Part shown: piece after piece, positions 12,099-23,747 of the stretch
How positions within the stretch are numbered: the stretch's first letter is position 1
Layout: each line of letters begins with the position of its first letter
Origin: Octopus sinensis
Taxonomy: Eukaryota
NCBI RefSeq assembly: GCF_006345805.1
Contig: NC_043020.1
Span: forward strand, 7,936,001 to 8,000,000
Reading direction: 5' to 3'
DNA length: 64,000 bases
The notes under the pieces: generated by a model
What the model saw: only the letters and a program-made list of their open reading frames with translations
Told to the model about the DNA's origin: nothing
Databases searched by the model: none
Program-made: the position numbers and the translations under genes

Positions 12099-12710
12099 TA
12101 TATATATAGATATACATATCTGCATGTGCATTATTGGAAATCTTTATAAATATATGTGAATGATTCTCTTTATATATAATGGTGTATTCATACACACACG
12201 AGAGTGTGCATGCATTAGTCTTTATACACCCACACTCACATACACATTCATATACACACACTCATATATATATATATCTTAGTAAATGCATGATTGTGCA
12301 TATGTATGTATATGAAACCTGTTGGAATAAATAGAAAGCGACAGAGCAGGTGCAACAGTTCACTCAGATTTACAAAGCATGACTTGTGCATTACATATTA
12401 CACAATGTAAGAAATGCATCATAGCTGCACTGTGCATGAATCTATTTATACATTTCTTAAGATGTGCAACAACACTGTAAATCTATAGTTGGCCTCAAGT
12501 GATGGTGAGACTGACTCTAGTTTTGTTATTTTGTTGTTTATTTGTTTTTATTTCTTTTTCTTTACAATTGATTCCATTCTGTCATTGCAGCTGCGAAATA
12601 TTGCAAAAATATGCAGCAGCTGTGCAATGCTTTGAATGAATGACTGAATGGTTCTTGTTTCTATTTATGAATGTTGTTATTGTTACTGTGAAATAGTAAA
12701 TATATAAATA

Positions 12711-13099
12711 AACTAGCAGTATCGCCCAGCGTTGCTCGGGTTTGTAAGGGAAAAAATAACTATAAAACATTTTTAGAGAGCTATAGCGAAAAAATAGCAA
12801 AAAAATGGGGAAAAAATGATGGTAAATTTTTTTGAGAGTTAAAAAGGTCGAGTTGCGTCCCCTAGTCCATCTGTGGTTTGTGTTTCTGATTGTCGACCCC
12901 ATGTCGAATTTATCGATTTTTTTCAGAACTGGGGGAACTTTTCAAAATTTTCGCTGCGTTAGTTTTGAATTATGACATTGGGCTATGTGTGTGTCAAGTT
13001 TCATCAGAATCGGTTGAAAGCCGTGGTCAGGGTGAGGGTACAACCTGACAGACACACAGACACGCACACAGACAAACTGCCGTTTATATAGAGAGAGAT
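12711..13099 (+). mobile_element. Non-autonomous Helitron/Helentron-like (DINE-1/Lep1-type) element
   Basis: 5' AACTAGCAGTATCGCCCAGCGTTGCTCGGG; 3' CAAGTTTCATCAGAATCGG...(CAGA)-type repeats...TTTATATAGAGAGAGAT, the usual architecture of these elements. Confidence 0.7.
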
Positions 13100-13354
13100 A
13101 AGCATAGGAAAGCATGGGGATATTGATGATAATATCAATAATAATGGTTTGAAATTTTGATACAAAGCTAGCAGTTTTAAGGGAGGCATAAGTCTAATTC
13201 ATTGACTCTAGTGCTCAACTGGTCCTTATTTCATCAACAGTGAAAGCCAGAGTTGACCTCAGCATAATTTGAACCTAGAACAAATAATTTGAATCTTGAA
13301 GAAATTCCTCCAAGCATTTTGTCCAACTTGCCAATGGTTCTACTGGCTCACCAC

Positions 13355-13970
13355 TTTCATCATCGTTTAGCGTCCGCTTTCCATGCTTAGCATGGGTTGG
13401 ACGATTTGACTGAGGACTGGCGAACTAGATGGCTGCGCCAGGCTCCAATCTGATCTGGCAAAGTTTCTACAGCTGGATGCCCTTCCTAACGCCAACCACT
13501 CCGAGAGTGCAATGGGTGCTTTTATGTGCCACTGGCACGAGGGCCAGTCTGACGGTACTGGCAACGGCCACGCTCAAATGGTGCTTTTTACGTGCCACCT
13601 GCACAGGAGTCAGTCCAGTGGCACTGGCAATGACCTCGCTCGAATGTTTTGTTCACGTCCCAGTTAGGTAATGATGATGATGATCATCATCATCATCGTT
13701 TAACGTCCGTTCTCCATGCTAGCATGGGTTGGATGGTTCAACTAGGGTCTGGGAAGCCAGAAGGCTGTGCCAGGCCCAGTCTGATCTGGCAGTGTTTCTA
13801 TGGCTGGATGCCTTTCCTAACGCCAACCACTCCGTGAGTGTAGTGGGTGCTTTTTACGTGCCACCTGCACAGGTGCCAGGCGAGGCTGGCAACGGCCACG
13901 GTCGGATTGGTGTATTTTATGTGCCACCGGCACGGAAGCAAGTCGAGGCGGCGCTGGCATCGGCCACGAG
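13355..13970 (-). mobile_element. Two adjacent family C copies, reverse orientation (13355-13665, 13680-13970)
   Basis: (CAT)n tail, GTTTAACGTCCG and GGATGCCCTTCCTAACGCCAACCAC occur twice. Confidence 0.85.
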
Positions 13971-14267
13971 TCTTTTAATCTTTTCTGATATAGGGATATA
14001 GGTTCAAGGCCTGGAATTTGTGGGGAGGGGTATAGTTAACCACATTGACCCCAGTCAATAATAATGGTTTAAAATTTTGGCTTAAGGCCAGCAATTTCAG
14101 TGGCGGGGTGGGCGGGTGGGTTACTCAATGGGTACTTATTTTATCAACCTCGAAAGGATGAAAAGCAGAGACAATTCCTGTGGTATTTGAACTCAGAATG
14201 TAAAGTCGGAAAAAGTGCCACTAAGCTTTTTTCCTAGTGTGGGAATGATTCTGCCAGCTCCCTGCCC

Positions 14268-14478
14268 TAAACCCTTTAGCATTCAGTTTATTCTGTCCAG
14301 TGTAATGCATATTTATTCACATTGTTTTGAATTAATCATGCATTATCTCATAACTCTGAGATTACAATGATGGGATTGTTTATTTTTAGAATGACATTGT
14401 AGGGTAGACAGGAGAGGCCAGATCTAGCCAGTTTGAACATAAAACAAGTAGAATATTTGGGGCCAGATATGGCTATTT
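14268..14478 (+). mobile_element. piggyBac-type MITE (CCCTTTAGCATT family), right end lost
   Basis: Same internal sequence as the MITE at 42929-43704. Confidence 0.7.
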
Positions 14479-14664
14479 TCCATGCTGGCATGGGTTGGGC
14501 AGTTTGAGAGGAGCTGACCAGCTGAAGGGCTGCACCAAGTTCCAGGTACCTATTTTGGCATGGTTTCTACAGCTGGATGCCCTTCCTAATGCCAACTGCT
14601 TTACAGATTGTATTGGGTGCTTTATACGTGGTACCAGCACGACTGCATTATATATGGCACCAGC

Positions 14665-14937
14665 TAACGTAGTTCTCGGGGATATTCAGCGTGACACAGA
14701 GAGTGACAAGGCCGGCCCCTTGAAATACAGGTACAACAGAAACAGGAAGTAAGAGTGAGAGAGAAAGTTGTGGTGAAAGAGTACAGCAGGGATCACCACC
14801 ATCCCCTGCCGGAGCCTCGTGGAGCTTTTAGGTGTTTTCGCTCAATAAACACTCACAACGCCTGGTCTGGGAATCGAAACCGCGATCCTATGACCGCGAG
14901 TCCGCTGCCCTAACCACTGGGCCATTGCGCCTCCACA
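14665..14937 (-). mobile_element. tRNA(Arg)-like-headed SINE, family D, 3'-truncated
   Basis: Reverse complement of the copy at 47529-47914. Confidence 0.88.
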
Positions 14938-15440
14938 ATATCGAGAATATGGGTGACAAATGGAAGTGGTTTCAAGGAGAGTGATTAGTAGCACAAAAGG
15001 TGGGGGAGTTCTGCTCTTATAAAATCGCCTGGTCTGGGAATCGAACCTGCGATCCTATGACCGCGAGTCCGCTGCCCTAACCACTGGGCCATTGCGCCTC
15101 CACAATATCGAGAATATGGGTGACAAATGGAAGTGGTTTCAAGGAGAGTGATTAGTAGCACAAAAGGTGGGTGGAGTTCTGCTCTTATAAAATCGCCTGG
15201 TCTGGGAATCGAAACCGCGATCCTATGACCGCGAGTCCGCTGCCCTAACCACTGGGCCATTGCGCCTCCACAATATCGAGAATATGGGTGACAAATGGAA
15301 GTGGTTTCAAGGAGAGTGATTAGTAGCACAAAAGGTGGGTGGAGTTCTGCTCTTATAAAATCGCCTGGTCTGGGAATCGAAACCGCGATCCTATGACCGC
15401 AAGTCCGCTGCCCTAACCACTGGGCCATTGCGCCTCCACA
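14858..15440 (-). repeat. Tandem array, 167-168-bp unit, containing four SINE D tRNA-like heads
   Basis: CCTGGTCTGGGAATCGAA recurs at 14861, 15028, 15196 and 15364; near-identical spacers. Confidence 0.95.
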
Positions 15441-16074
15441 TACCACCTGCAGTTATCAAAACAAGTCATGTATTTAAGATACAAACATATGTAATTGTTG
15501 CATAATATTTAACCACATTCAGTATTTATTTTATATTTATGCAATTTTGGATTTTTCTTTTCTTTTCTTTTTCTATTATTTCCATTCATCTTTAAATCGT
15601 ATTCAACTTCCCAAACAAATTTCTAGAAAATACTCTCCAAGACATTCTCTACCTATCACCAGCTTCTATTAAAATTCTTTCTTTATTTATTTATCTCTCC
15701 ATTCTGCAAACCGGTTATTCAAAGTCAAGAAGATAAATCTCGCACTTTAATTTTCGTACTATTCACTTGTATTGTGTGCATAGTACACTAAACTTGTAGC
15801 TTCCTTTTGTTAACATCTATTATTAATATTTAGCTTTTTTTTTTTCCTTTTGGATTAATGGTGCGGGGGGGGGGGTATTATTTCTTTTTTTTATTTCTTT
15901 TTTTTTTAAAATTTTTTGTTAAGAATTGTTTAGAATTGTTTCTTTATCTTCTTTTTTTTTTTTATCTCTCGCAGTTTTTTGCGTTGATTTTTACAATTTT
16001 TTCTGTTTTTAAATAATATATTCTTTTGTAGTATTTACATCATTTTTATTTTCCTTCTTCCTTGTTGATTACCT

Positions 16075-16110
16075 CCTCCATTCTTTCTCTTCTCTCTCTC
16101 TCTCTCTCCC

Positions 16111-16155
<45 letters not shown>

Positions 16156-16675
16156 CTCTCACTTTCTCTCTAACACTCTCTTCTTTCTTAATCTCTTTTT
16201 CACTCTCACTTGTACTCTTGTTTTCTCTCTCTCTCTCTCTCTTAATCTTCTCTCTTGCTTGTACTCTCTTAGTCTTTCTGTGTCTCTCTCTCAATACTCT
16301 CTCCCTCTCTCTCTGACTCACTCCCCTCTCTATGTATGATGATGATATATATATATATGTATATATAATATATATATAGTATATATGTATATATGTATAT
16401 ATGTATATATATATATATATGTATATATGTATATAATGTATATATGTATATATATTATATATATGTATATATGTATATATATGTATATATGTATATGTAT
16501 ATATGTATATATGTATATATGTATATATATATATATATGTATTGTATATATGTATATATATGTATATTATATATATATATATATATGTATACACATATAT
16601 ATGTATATATATATATATGTGTGTGGTGTGTATATATGTGTGTATATATATATAATATATATATATATATATTAA
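16075..16675. repeat. (TC)n/(CA)n and degenerate (TA/TG)n microsatellites
   Basis: Directly visible. Confidence 0.9.
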
Positions 16676-16936
16676 CTTCAGCTTCTATGAATCAATATTT
16701 TGGTTTGCTAGAAAAGAAGTTTATCGTTAGTTGAGATTCTGAATGCCTTGCTGGGTTCTTCAGGAACAACAACAACAATAATAAAAAAAAAAAATTTATT
16801 TATTTTCTTATATATTTATTGGTTTCTTTCAAAAACATAAGCTTAAGATCCTGACACAGATATTAAAGCAAGCAAGCAAGAAAGAAAGACAGATGTAAAT
16901 AAGGAAGGAAAACGAATAAAAAAAATTCTTTACACA

Positions 16937-16988
<52 letters not shown>

Positions 16989-17341
16989 CATGCAAAACAT
17001 ACCATGCATACATGTCTTCATGCAAATACACTCACACATGAACATATGTGTACACACTTGAACACATGCCTTACCTTATTGATGTAGTTGTATGTATGTA
17101 TGTATCTGTCTCTTTATCTATATATCTCTCTCTATCTAGCTGTCTGTCTATCTACCTACCCATCCCTCTCAGTCTGTCTGTCTATTTGTCTGTCTGTCTG
17201 GCTGGCTATCTGACTGTCTGTCTGTGTATCTATCTGTCTGCTTGTCTGTGTATCTATCTGTCTGCTTGTCTGTGTCTGTCTGGCTGTCTATCTATCTATC
17301 TAGCTAGTTGTCTGTCTGTCTATCTATCTATCTATCTATCT

Positions 17342-17385
<44 letters not shown>

Positions 17386-17430
17386 ACTATCTATCTCTAT
17401 CTCTCTCTATCTCTCTCTCTGTCTGTCTAT

Positions 17431-19036
17431 AGCTTGCGGCTCGGCATCTGGAGAAGCAAGCTCATGCCATGCACAGGTGCCTCCGTCATGGGATGCTGGA
17501 CCGACGGTCCGGTCGAGTTGCTTGGGGTCTGGTTTGGTCTGGACCTCCAAATGGAGAAAAACCGGAACGAGATAAGAAGTAGGGTGGTCACTCTTGCCCG
17601 GCAATTGGCCGAGAGGAAACCATCCCTAAAAGGTCGGGCGGAGGTGGCGAACTCGTACATCGCGTCTGTCACCTACTTCCGCCTGACCATCATGCCTTGT
17701 CCCGAACCTACCATCACCAAACTAGAACACATTCTCTCTCGCTTCTTGTGGAAAGGATGCATCCCGATGGTCAGGCGATCCATTTGCTGTCAACACCCAT
17801 TAAAAGGAGGACTGGGCATGCCGTGGTTGATGATGCGCAGACACGCGCTGAGACAGCGACATCTCAGGCTCTATGTGGGTGATGGTGAACAGGTGTGGTC
17901 GCTGTTTGTGAGGCACACTTTCCCGCAGCTCGTCTCCATGACCGAACTGCAGTCGTGGATCAAAAAGAGGCCGAGGAAGGGTGAATGGCACCACGAGTGT
18001 CGTGTTGCTCTCAAGCAACTCCTGGGTCGACTTTGAGTGACTTCAACACAACCAAAGCATTCTATAGGGGATTAGTGGAGGGGAGGTATGACGATGAGCT
18101 TGGGGCGAACCTGGACATCGACAAGGAATACCTGACCTGCCTGTTCAGGATGACTTTCACGCCAGGGCCCATGGACAACTTCCAGAGATCCCTGGCCTGG
18201 CAGTGCTACTGAGAAGTGCTACCCATTCAGGATAAGCTCTACAGACACGGCTTGAGAAAAATGGGGCCAACCTGCCCGAGATGCAGTCAGAGCGACGAAA
18301 CCATTCTGCACGCACTCATGCAGTGTCCAACAATTTCCGACCTGTGGGCTTATGTCGAACGACTGCTGTCGCGTGTGGGATGAGTCGGTTTATCAGCTGA
18401 ATCTGTTGTCAATATTGTCACGCCTCTTTCCTTCAAACGGAAAGGAAGAGCTATTTTCATCATTCTTGTGGCTATGGTGAAAGAATGTCTGAAAGGATTG
18501 GAGACAAACGCTTTCCTCTCTGGTCAATCTCTCATCAACTTTTTCAAGTATCACTTGAAAAGGAAAGTGAGAGTAGAGAGGCAAGTTTTGTCTAGCGAAT
18601 GTTTCAAAAAAGATGGGTGAATGTAGCAAGGATGGCATGTATGAATGACAACCTACCTTGAGCATAATCCTATGAACCCGGAAAAATTTAAAATAGAGGG
18701 TTACCTACTTGCAAACAAATGTGGTAACATGTAACATTATTGACCGAGGTAAACATAGTCTTTTCTGTAGGTTTTTCTTTCGACAGATAAACCTTATCTG
18801 CTTCCCCCTTTACAAGTTACATCATGACATTTCTGTGATAAACAATCCCTATTGATCGTTTTTTACCTTTTCTTTTTTTCTTTCCCTTTTTTTCTTTTTC
18901 TTTTCTTTTTTCTTTCCCTTTTACAATCTCTTTTGATCGAAAACCTACCCCACTTTTTTTTCTCCCCAAAAAGAAAAGCTCTATTTTGTAATCTGTCCCA
19001 TCTGTGTGCAGCCCTGTGTGGCTAATAAAGAAACAT
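17431..19036 (+). mobile_element. 5'-truncated Tx1/L1-clade non-LTR retrotransposon (ORF2 C-terminal part with zf-RVT CCHC finger, 3' UTR); dead
   Basis: VELLGVWFG...SLKGRAEVANSYIAS...FLWKG...HPLKGGLGMP; after a frameshift near 18020, SLAWQCY*EVLPIQDKLYRHG..GPTCPRCSQSDETILHALMQC; in-frame TGA at 18210 and 18381; T-rich UTR ending GCTAATAAAGAAAC. Confidence 0.93.
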
Positions 19037-19729
19037 ATCTATCTATATATATATCTAGCAGTCTGTGTGTCTATATCTATCTATCTATCTATATATATCT
19101 ATTTATCTCTCTGCTCCCCCCTCTCTATCTATCTAGCTAGCTGTCTGTCTGTCTATCTATCTAGCTAGCTATTCCTCTCTGTCGATCTGTGTCTTTCTCT
19201 CTCTCTCTCTGTTCTTTGCATTTTCATGTTTATCTATCTATCTGACTGTCTGTATCCCATTGTGTATGTGTGCATGTGTTGTATATATATAGATATAGAT
19301 ATACAGATATGTATGTTTGTGAGTGTGTGTTTGTGTCTCCTTGTCTTGACATTGTGTGACTGTTACAAATGAGTGTCACTGTCATATAAGCAGTGTCATT
19401 CATGTCCATTATCCTGCAAAAGCATGTCTAGCCCATGGGTGGATATTACTTGGCTTAGAAACAGGTGGTGAGGGAGAGGGGTAGTTGATAGGAAGAGCAT
19501 CCAGCTATAGAAAATCTGCCTCAATAAATTCAGTCCAACCCATGCAAGCATGGAAAAGTGGACATTAAAGATTTCTTGCCAGTAGAGAAAGAGCCAGTTT
19601 CTGACCAAGATCCAAGGCTCCTTCCTTGGAATTTCAGCATCAGCAACAGGGTATTTTTGTTTGTTTGTTTGTATGTATGTATGTATGTATGTATGTGTGT
19701 GTGTGTGTGGTGTGTGCAGGTTTATATAC

Positions 19730-20145
19730 TCTCTTTCTCTTTACTTTTTTACTTGTTTCAGTCATTTGACTGCGGCCATGCTGGAGCACCACCTTTAGTC
19801 GAGCAAATCGACCCCGGGACTTATTCTTTGTAAGCCCAGTACTTATTTTATCAGTCTCTTTTGCCGAACCGCTAAGTGACGGCGACGTAAACACACCAGC
19901 ATCGGTTGTCAAGCAATGCTAGGGGGACAAACACAGACACACAAATACACACACGCATATATATATATATACATATATACGACAGGCTTCTTTCAGTTTC
20001 CGTCTACCAAATCCACTCACAAGGCTTTGGTCGGCCCGAGGCTATAGCAGAAGACACTTGCCCAAGATGCCACACAGTGTGAATGAACCTGGAACCATGT
20101 GGTTGGTAAGCAAGCTACTTACCACACAGCCACTCCTGCGCCTAT
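19730..20145 (-). mobile_element. SINE family A, full length
   Basis: CTCTTTTACTTGTTTCAGTCATTTGACTGCGG...ACCACACAGCCACTCCTGCGCCTA. Confidence 0.93.
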
Positions 20146-20479
20146 GTTTTGTTTTATATACGTATTCCCATGCATATAATGGCATGTCTAGACATGCTCA
20201 TATATAGTTAAATAATAAACTTCTGGAAAGTTTTACTAATTTTTACAGTTCCATCGATGGGTTGGATCTGTAGTCTTATGTATGTTGCTATTCAGTTATA
20301 TTTCAAGATTTCTGGCTAATAGAATAAGAGCCTATTTTTAACCTAGCTCCAAGGTTGCCTTATTGGAATTTCAACAACATCAACATAATATTTGTGCATA
20401 TTTGTGTGAATATGTGCAGTATTTGGAATCAGTGCATGTACAGATTTGCATGTTTTGTTTTATGCATGTATTCTTATGC

Positions 20480-20885
20480 TCTTTACTCTTTACTCTTTTA
20501 CTTGTTTCAGTCATTTGACTGCGGCCATGCTGGAGCACCGCCTTTAGTCGAGTTAATCGACCCCGGGACTTATTCTTTGTAAGCCCAGTACTTATTCTAT
20601 CGGTCTCTTTTGCCGAACCGCTAAGTGACGGGGACGTAAACACACCAGCATCGGTTGTCAAGCAATGCTTGGGGTACAAACACAAACACACACACACACA
20701 TATATATATATGTACATATATACGACAGGCTTCTTTCAGTTTCCGTCTACCAAATCCACTCACAAGGCATTGGTCGGCCCGGGGCTATAGTAGAAGACAC
20801 TTGCCCAAGATGCCACGCAGTGGGACTGAACCCGGACCCATGTGGTTGGTTAGCAAACTACTTACCACACAGCCACTCCTGCGCT
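20480..20885 (-). mobile_element. SINE family A, full length
   Basis: As above. Confidence 0.93.
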
Positions 20886-21382
20886 GTCTAAACATACACA
20901 TTTTTTTGTTAAATGCTAAATTTCTGGAAAGTTTCACAAATTTTGACAGTTCCATTGATGGCTTGAATCCGTAATTTTCTAATCTGCTTTCTCCTTTCTG
21001 ATTTTGAGAAGCCTAATTTCTCAAGAATGGTGCTTAAGCAGTTTGTTACCTTTCCCAGCATCCCAATAATTACAGGTAAAAAACCTGAACTTGTAATCCA
21101 AGTAGAACATGTCTGATTTTTTTTCTTTCAGTTTAATTTAAGTTCTTCCTGAGAGAGTCCAAGTTGGTTCCTAACAAAGCTATGTCTTTGGACAGTTCTC
21201 TCAATCCCTTGGGATTTGTATTGACCACTCTGGGAACCTCCTCTCTGGTATAATCTGTCAATTGTTTGTCTATCTGTCTATTTTTCAATTTATACATCTA
21301 TCTACCTCAGCCTGTCCGTCTATATATCTGTCTTCCTGTTTGTCTATCTCTAACTGTACTTACGTCTTTCTTCCTGCCTGCG

Positions 21383-21494
21383 GGTTCAGTCCCACTGCGT
21401 GGCATCTTGGGCAAGTGTCTTCTGCTATAGCCCCGGGCCGACCAATGCCTTGTGAGTGGATTTGGTAGACGGAAACTGAACGAAGCCTGTCGTA

Positions 21495-21536
<42 letters not shown>

Positions 21537-21791
21537 TATATGTGTGTGTGTGTGGTGTGTGTGTGTTTGTGGTGGTGTGTGTTGTGTTGTGTGTCTGTGT
21601 TTGTCCCCCTAGCATTGCTTGACAACCGATGCTGGTGTGTTTATGTCCCCGTCACTTAGTGGTTCGGCAAAAGAGACCGATAGAATAAGTACTGGGCTTA
21701 CAAAGAATAAGTCCCGGGGTCGATTTGCTCGACTAAAAAAAGGCGGTGCTCCAGTATGGCTGCACTCAAATGACTGAAACAAGTAAAAGAG
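21383..21791 (+). mobile_element. SINE family A, lacking the first part of the head
   Basis: GGGTTCAGTCCCACTGCGTGGCATCTTGGGCAAGTGTCTT...GAAACAAGTAAAAGAG. Confidence 0.92.
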
Positions 21792-22654
21792 TTGTCTATT
21801 TGTGCGTCTCTGTCTGTTTGTCTATCTATCTATCTATTGCATTGGTACATAATTATTGCGGCTTTTTTTCAACAAATTTTATTCGACAAAAACAATAACA
21901 ATATTTAACAAAAAATCTTCAAATGACAGTCTGACTGTCTGCCAAGCAAATCGGAAACAGTAATTGAAGTAGATGGTGAACATGCTCCAGAATAACCATT
22001 TAAAGATGTTATTGTTTTTGTTGAATAAAATTTGTTGAAAAAAAACCGCAATAATTACGCACCGACCCAATATTTATCTGTGAGAGTGTGTGTGTGTGTG
22101 TGTGTGTGTATCTTTGTTGATTCAACTGTTTATATCTGTGTATCAACCATCTTTATACCTTTCAGTCTCTCTCTCTCTCTTTTTTCCTTATCTCTCTCTT
22201 TCTCTCTCTCTCTCTCTTTTTCCCTCTCTCTCTTTTCCCTCTCTCTCTCTTTTTTCCCTCTCTCTCTTTCTCTCCCTCTTTCTTTTATCTCCCTCTCTCT
22301 CCTTTCCCTCCTCTTCCCTTAGTTCTTACAATCTATTCCACTTGTTTGATATATTCAAAGCTTTGTTGGCAAGCGAGCAAATCCTGTTGCTGTCCTTACT
22401 ATCTTCATAACCATCACCACCACCACCATTACCATTACCATCATCATCATCATCACCACCACCATTACCATTACCATCATCATCATCATCATCATCACGG
22501 TGTCCATTGTAATGATAGGAAAATCTCTGTACTATTCCTCTGAAGTCAGTTTACACGGGAGCAAGTTAAACCAAGGCGCTAGTGGTAGGTAATGATGATA
22601 GTGATAATAACAACAACAACAACAACAGCAGCAGAAGCAGCTCTCCCAAGTCTG

Positions 22655-22692
<38 letters not shown>

Positions 22693-23249
22693 GGGAAGAC
22701 AGATCATTTTCTGCTCAGATGTGTCAATAATGTATCGCAGCATGACATCCTGCTGACTTTGTCTTGTTTGTTTACATCTTCAGCAAGTGCTGTAAGCCCA
22801 TTAGCCACCAAAGGCAACACAGCTATGTTTGCACTTGTTTGTGCATGCGTGTGTGTGTGTATGTGTGTGTGTGTGTGTGTGTGCACGCGCGCGCGCGCAT
22901 TTCTATTTCTGCATGCATGTATGTATGTATGTACGTATGCACCTTTACGTGGATGTGTGTATTTTTCTTTTGAAATATAAATGTATGTGTACATGCGTGT
23001 GTGTGTGTACACATGCATATATGCATGCATACACATAGTGGTATATGTGTGCATTTGTGCAGATTTCCCTCACATTTACATACACGTGCATGCACACACA
23101 CACACACACGCAAATAAATGCATAGATACACAAGGTTACTTGTACAGAACGATGCTAGCAATACACATCTATACAGACATACACATAGAACTACTTAAGC
23201 ATACACACACAGAAGCACACACATATTGACACACCTGGTCTTATACACC

Positions 23250-23290
<41 letters not shown>

Positions 23291-23391
23291 TTAAGCATGT
23301 GTATAAAGAATAAATAAAATTAATAAAAAAAAAAGTCAAAAAAAATATATATAGAAAAGCCAAGACTGAATAAAACATTATTTGCAAATAG

Positions 23392-23747
23392 GTTTCGTTT
23401 AAATGCGTTTATATTTGTGATTGTTGCTGTATATTCCTGCTGTATCCTAGCAATTCTTCACTTCGTCTCAGAACCGAAGAAGACAACATGCTATTATTGC
23501 AGTTCCACACTATTAATATCAATTGGTTCGGTGCCAGCAGAAACACTGTGTCCATAATAACCGCTGCACTGAATCCAAACAACGTCAGATCACACCGAAA
23601 TAGCCACAACGCCAATTTCCTTTTCCAAGTCTTGAATTCCCCTGCAGGATTACTGACGCCCACAACACTTATATGCTCATTTTATTTAATATTATCTAAA
23701 GTCAACAATGCCAATATCCTGGTTACAACAACAAGTCGAGATTCCAT
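23392..23747 (+). other. Candidate exon of an unknown host gene in a unique, CpG-richer island
   Basis: Acceptor TTATTTGCAAATAG|G and donor CAT|GTAAGT bracket 356 nt with one frame free of stops; no recognisable protein similarity. Confidence 0.3.

Larger units (their letters stand above)
19560..21275 (-). mobile_element. Two diverged 3' fragments of a restriction-like-endonuclease (R4/NeSL-type) LINE, each interrupted by a SINE A
   Basis: Minus strand at 20895-21275 reads LDYKFRFF/PVIIGMLGKVTNCLSTILEKLGFSKSERRKQIRKLRIQAINGTVKICETFQKF, homologous to 52502-52705; UTR pieces match 52310-52500. Confidence 0.7.

Noticed and set aside
15362-15440. Possible true tRNA gene
   Set aside because: Acceptor and anticodon stems do not pair, and the sequence is identical to SINE D heads.
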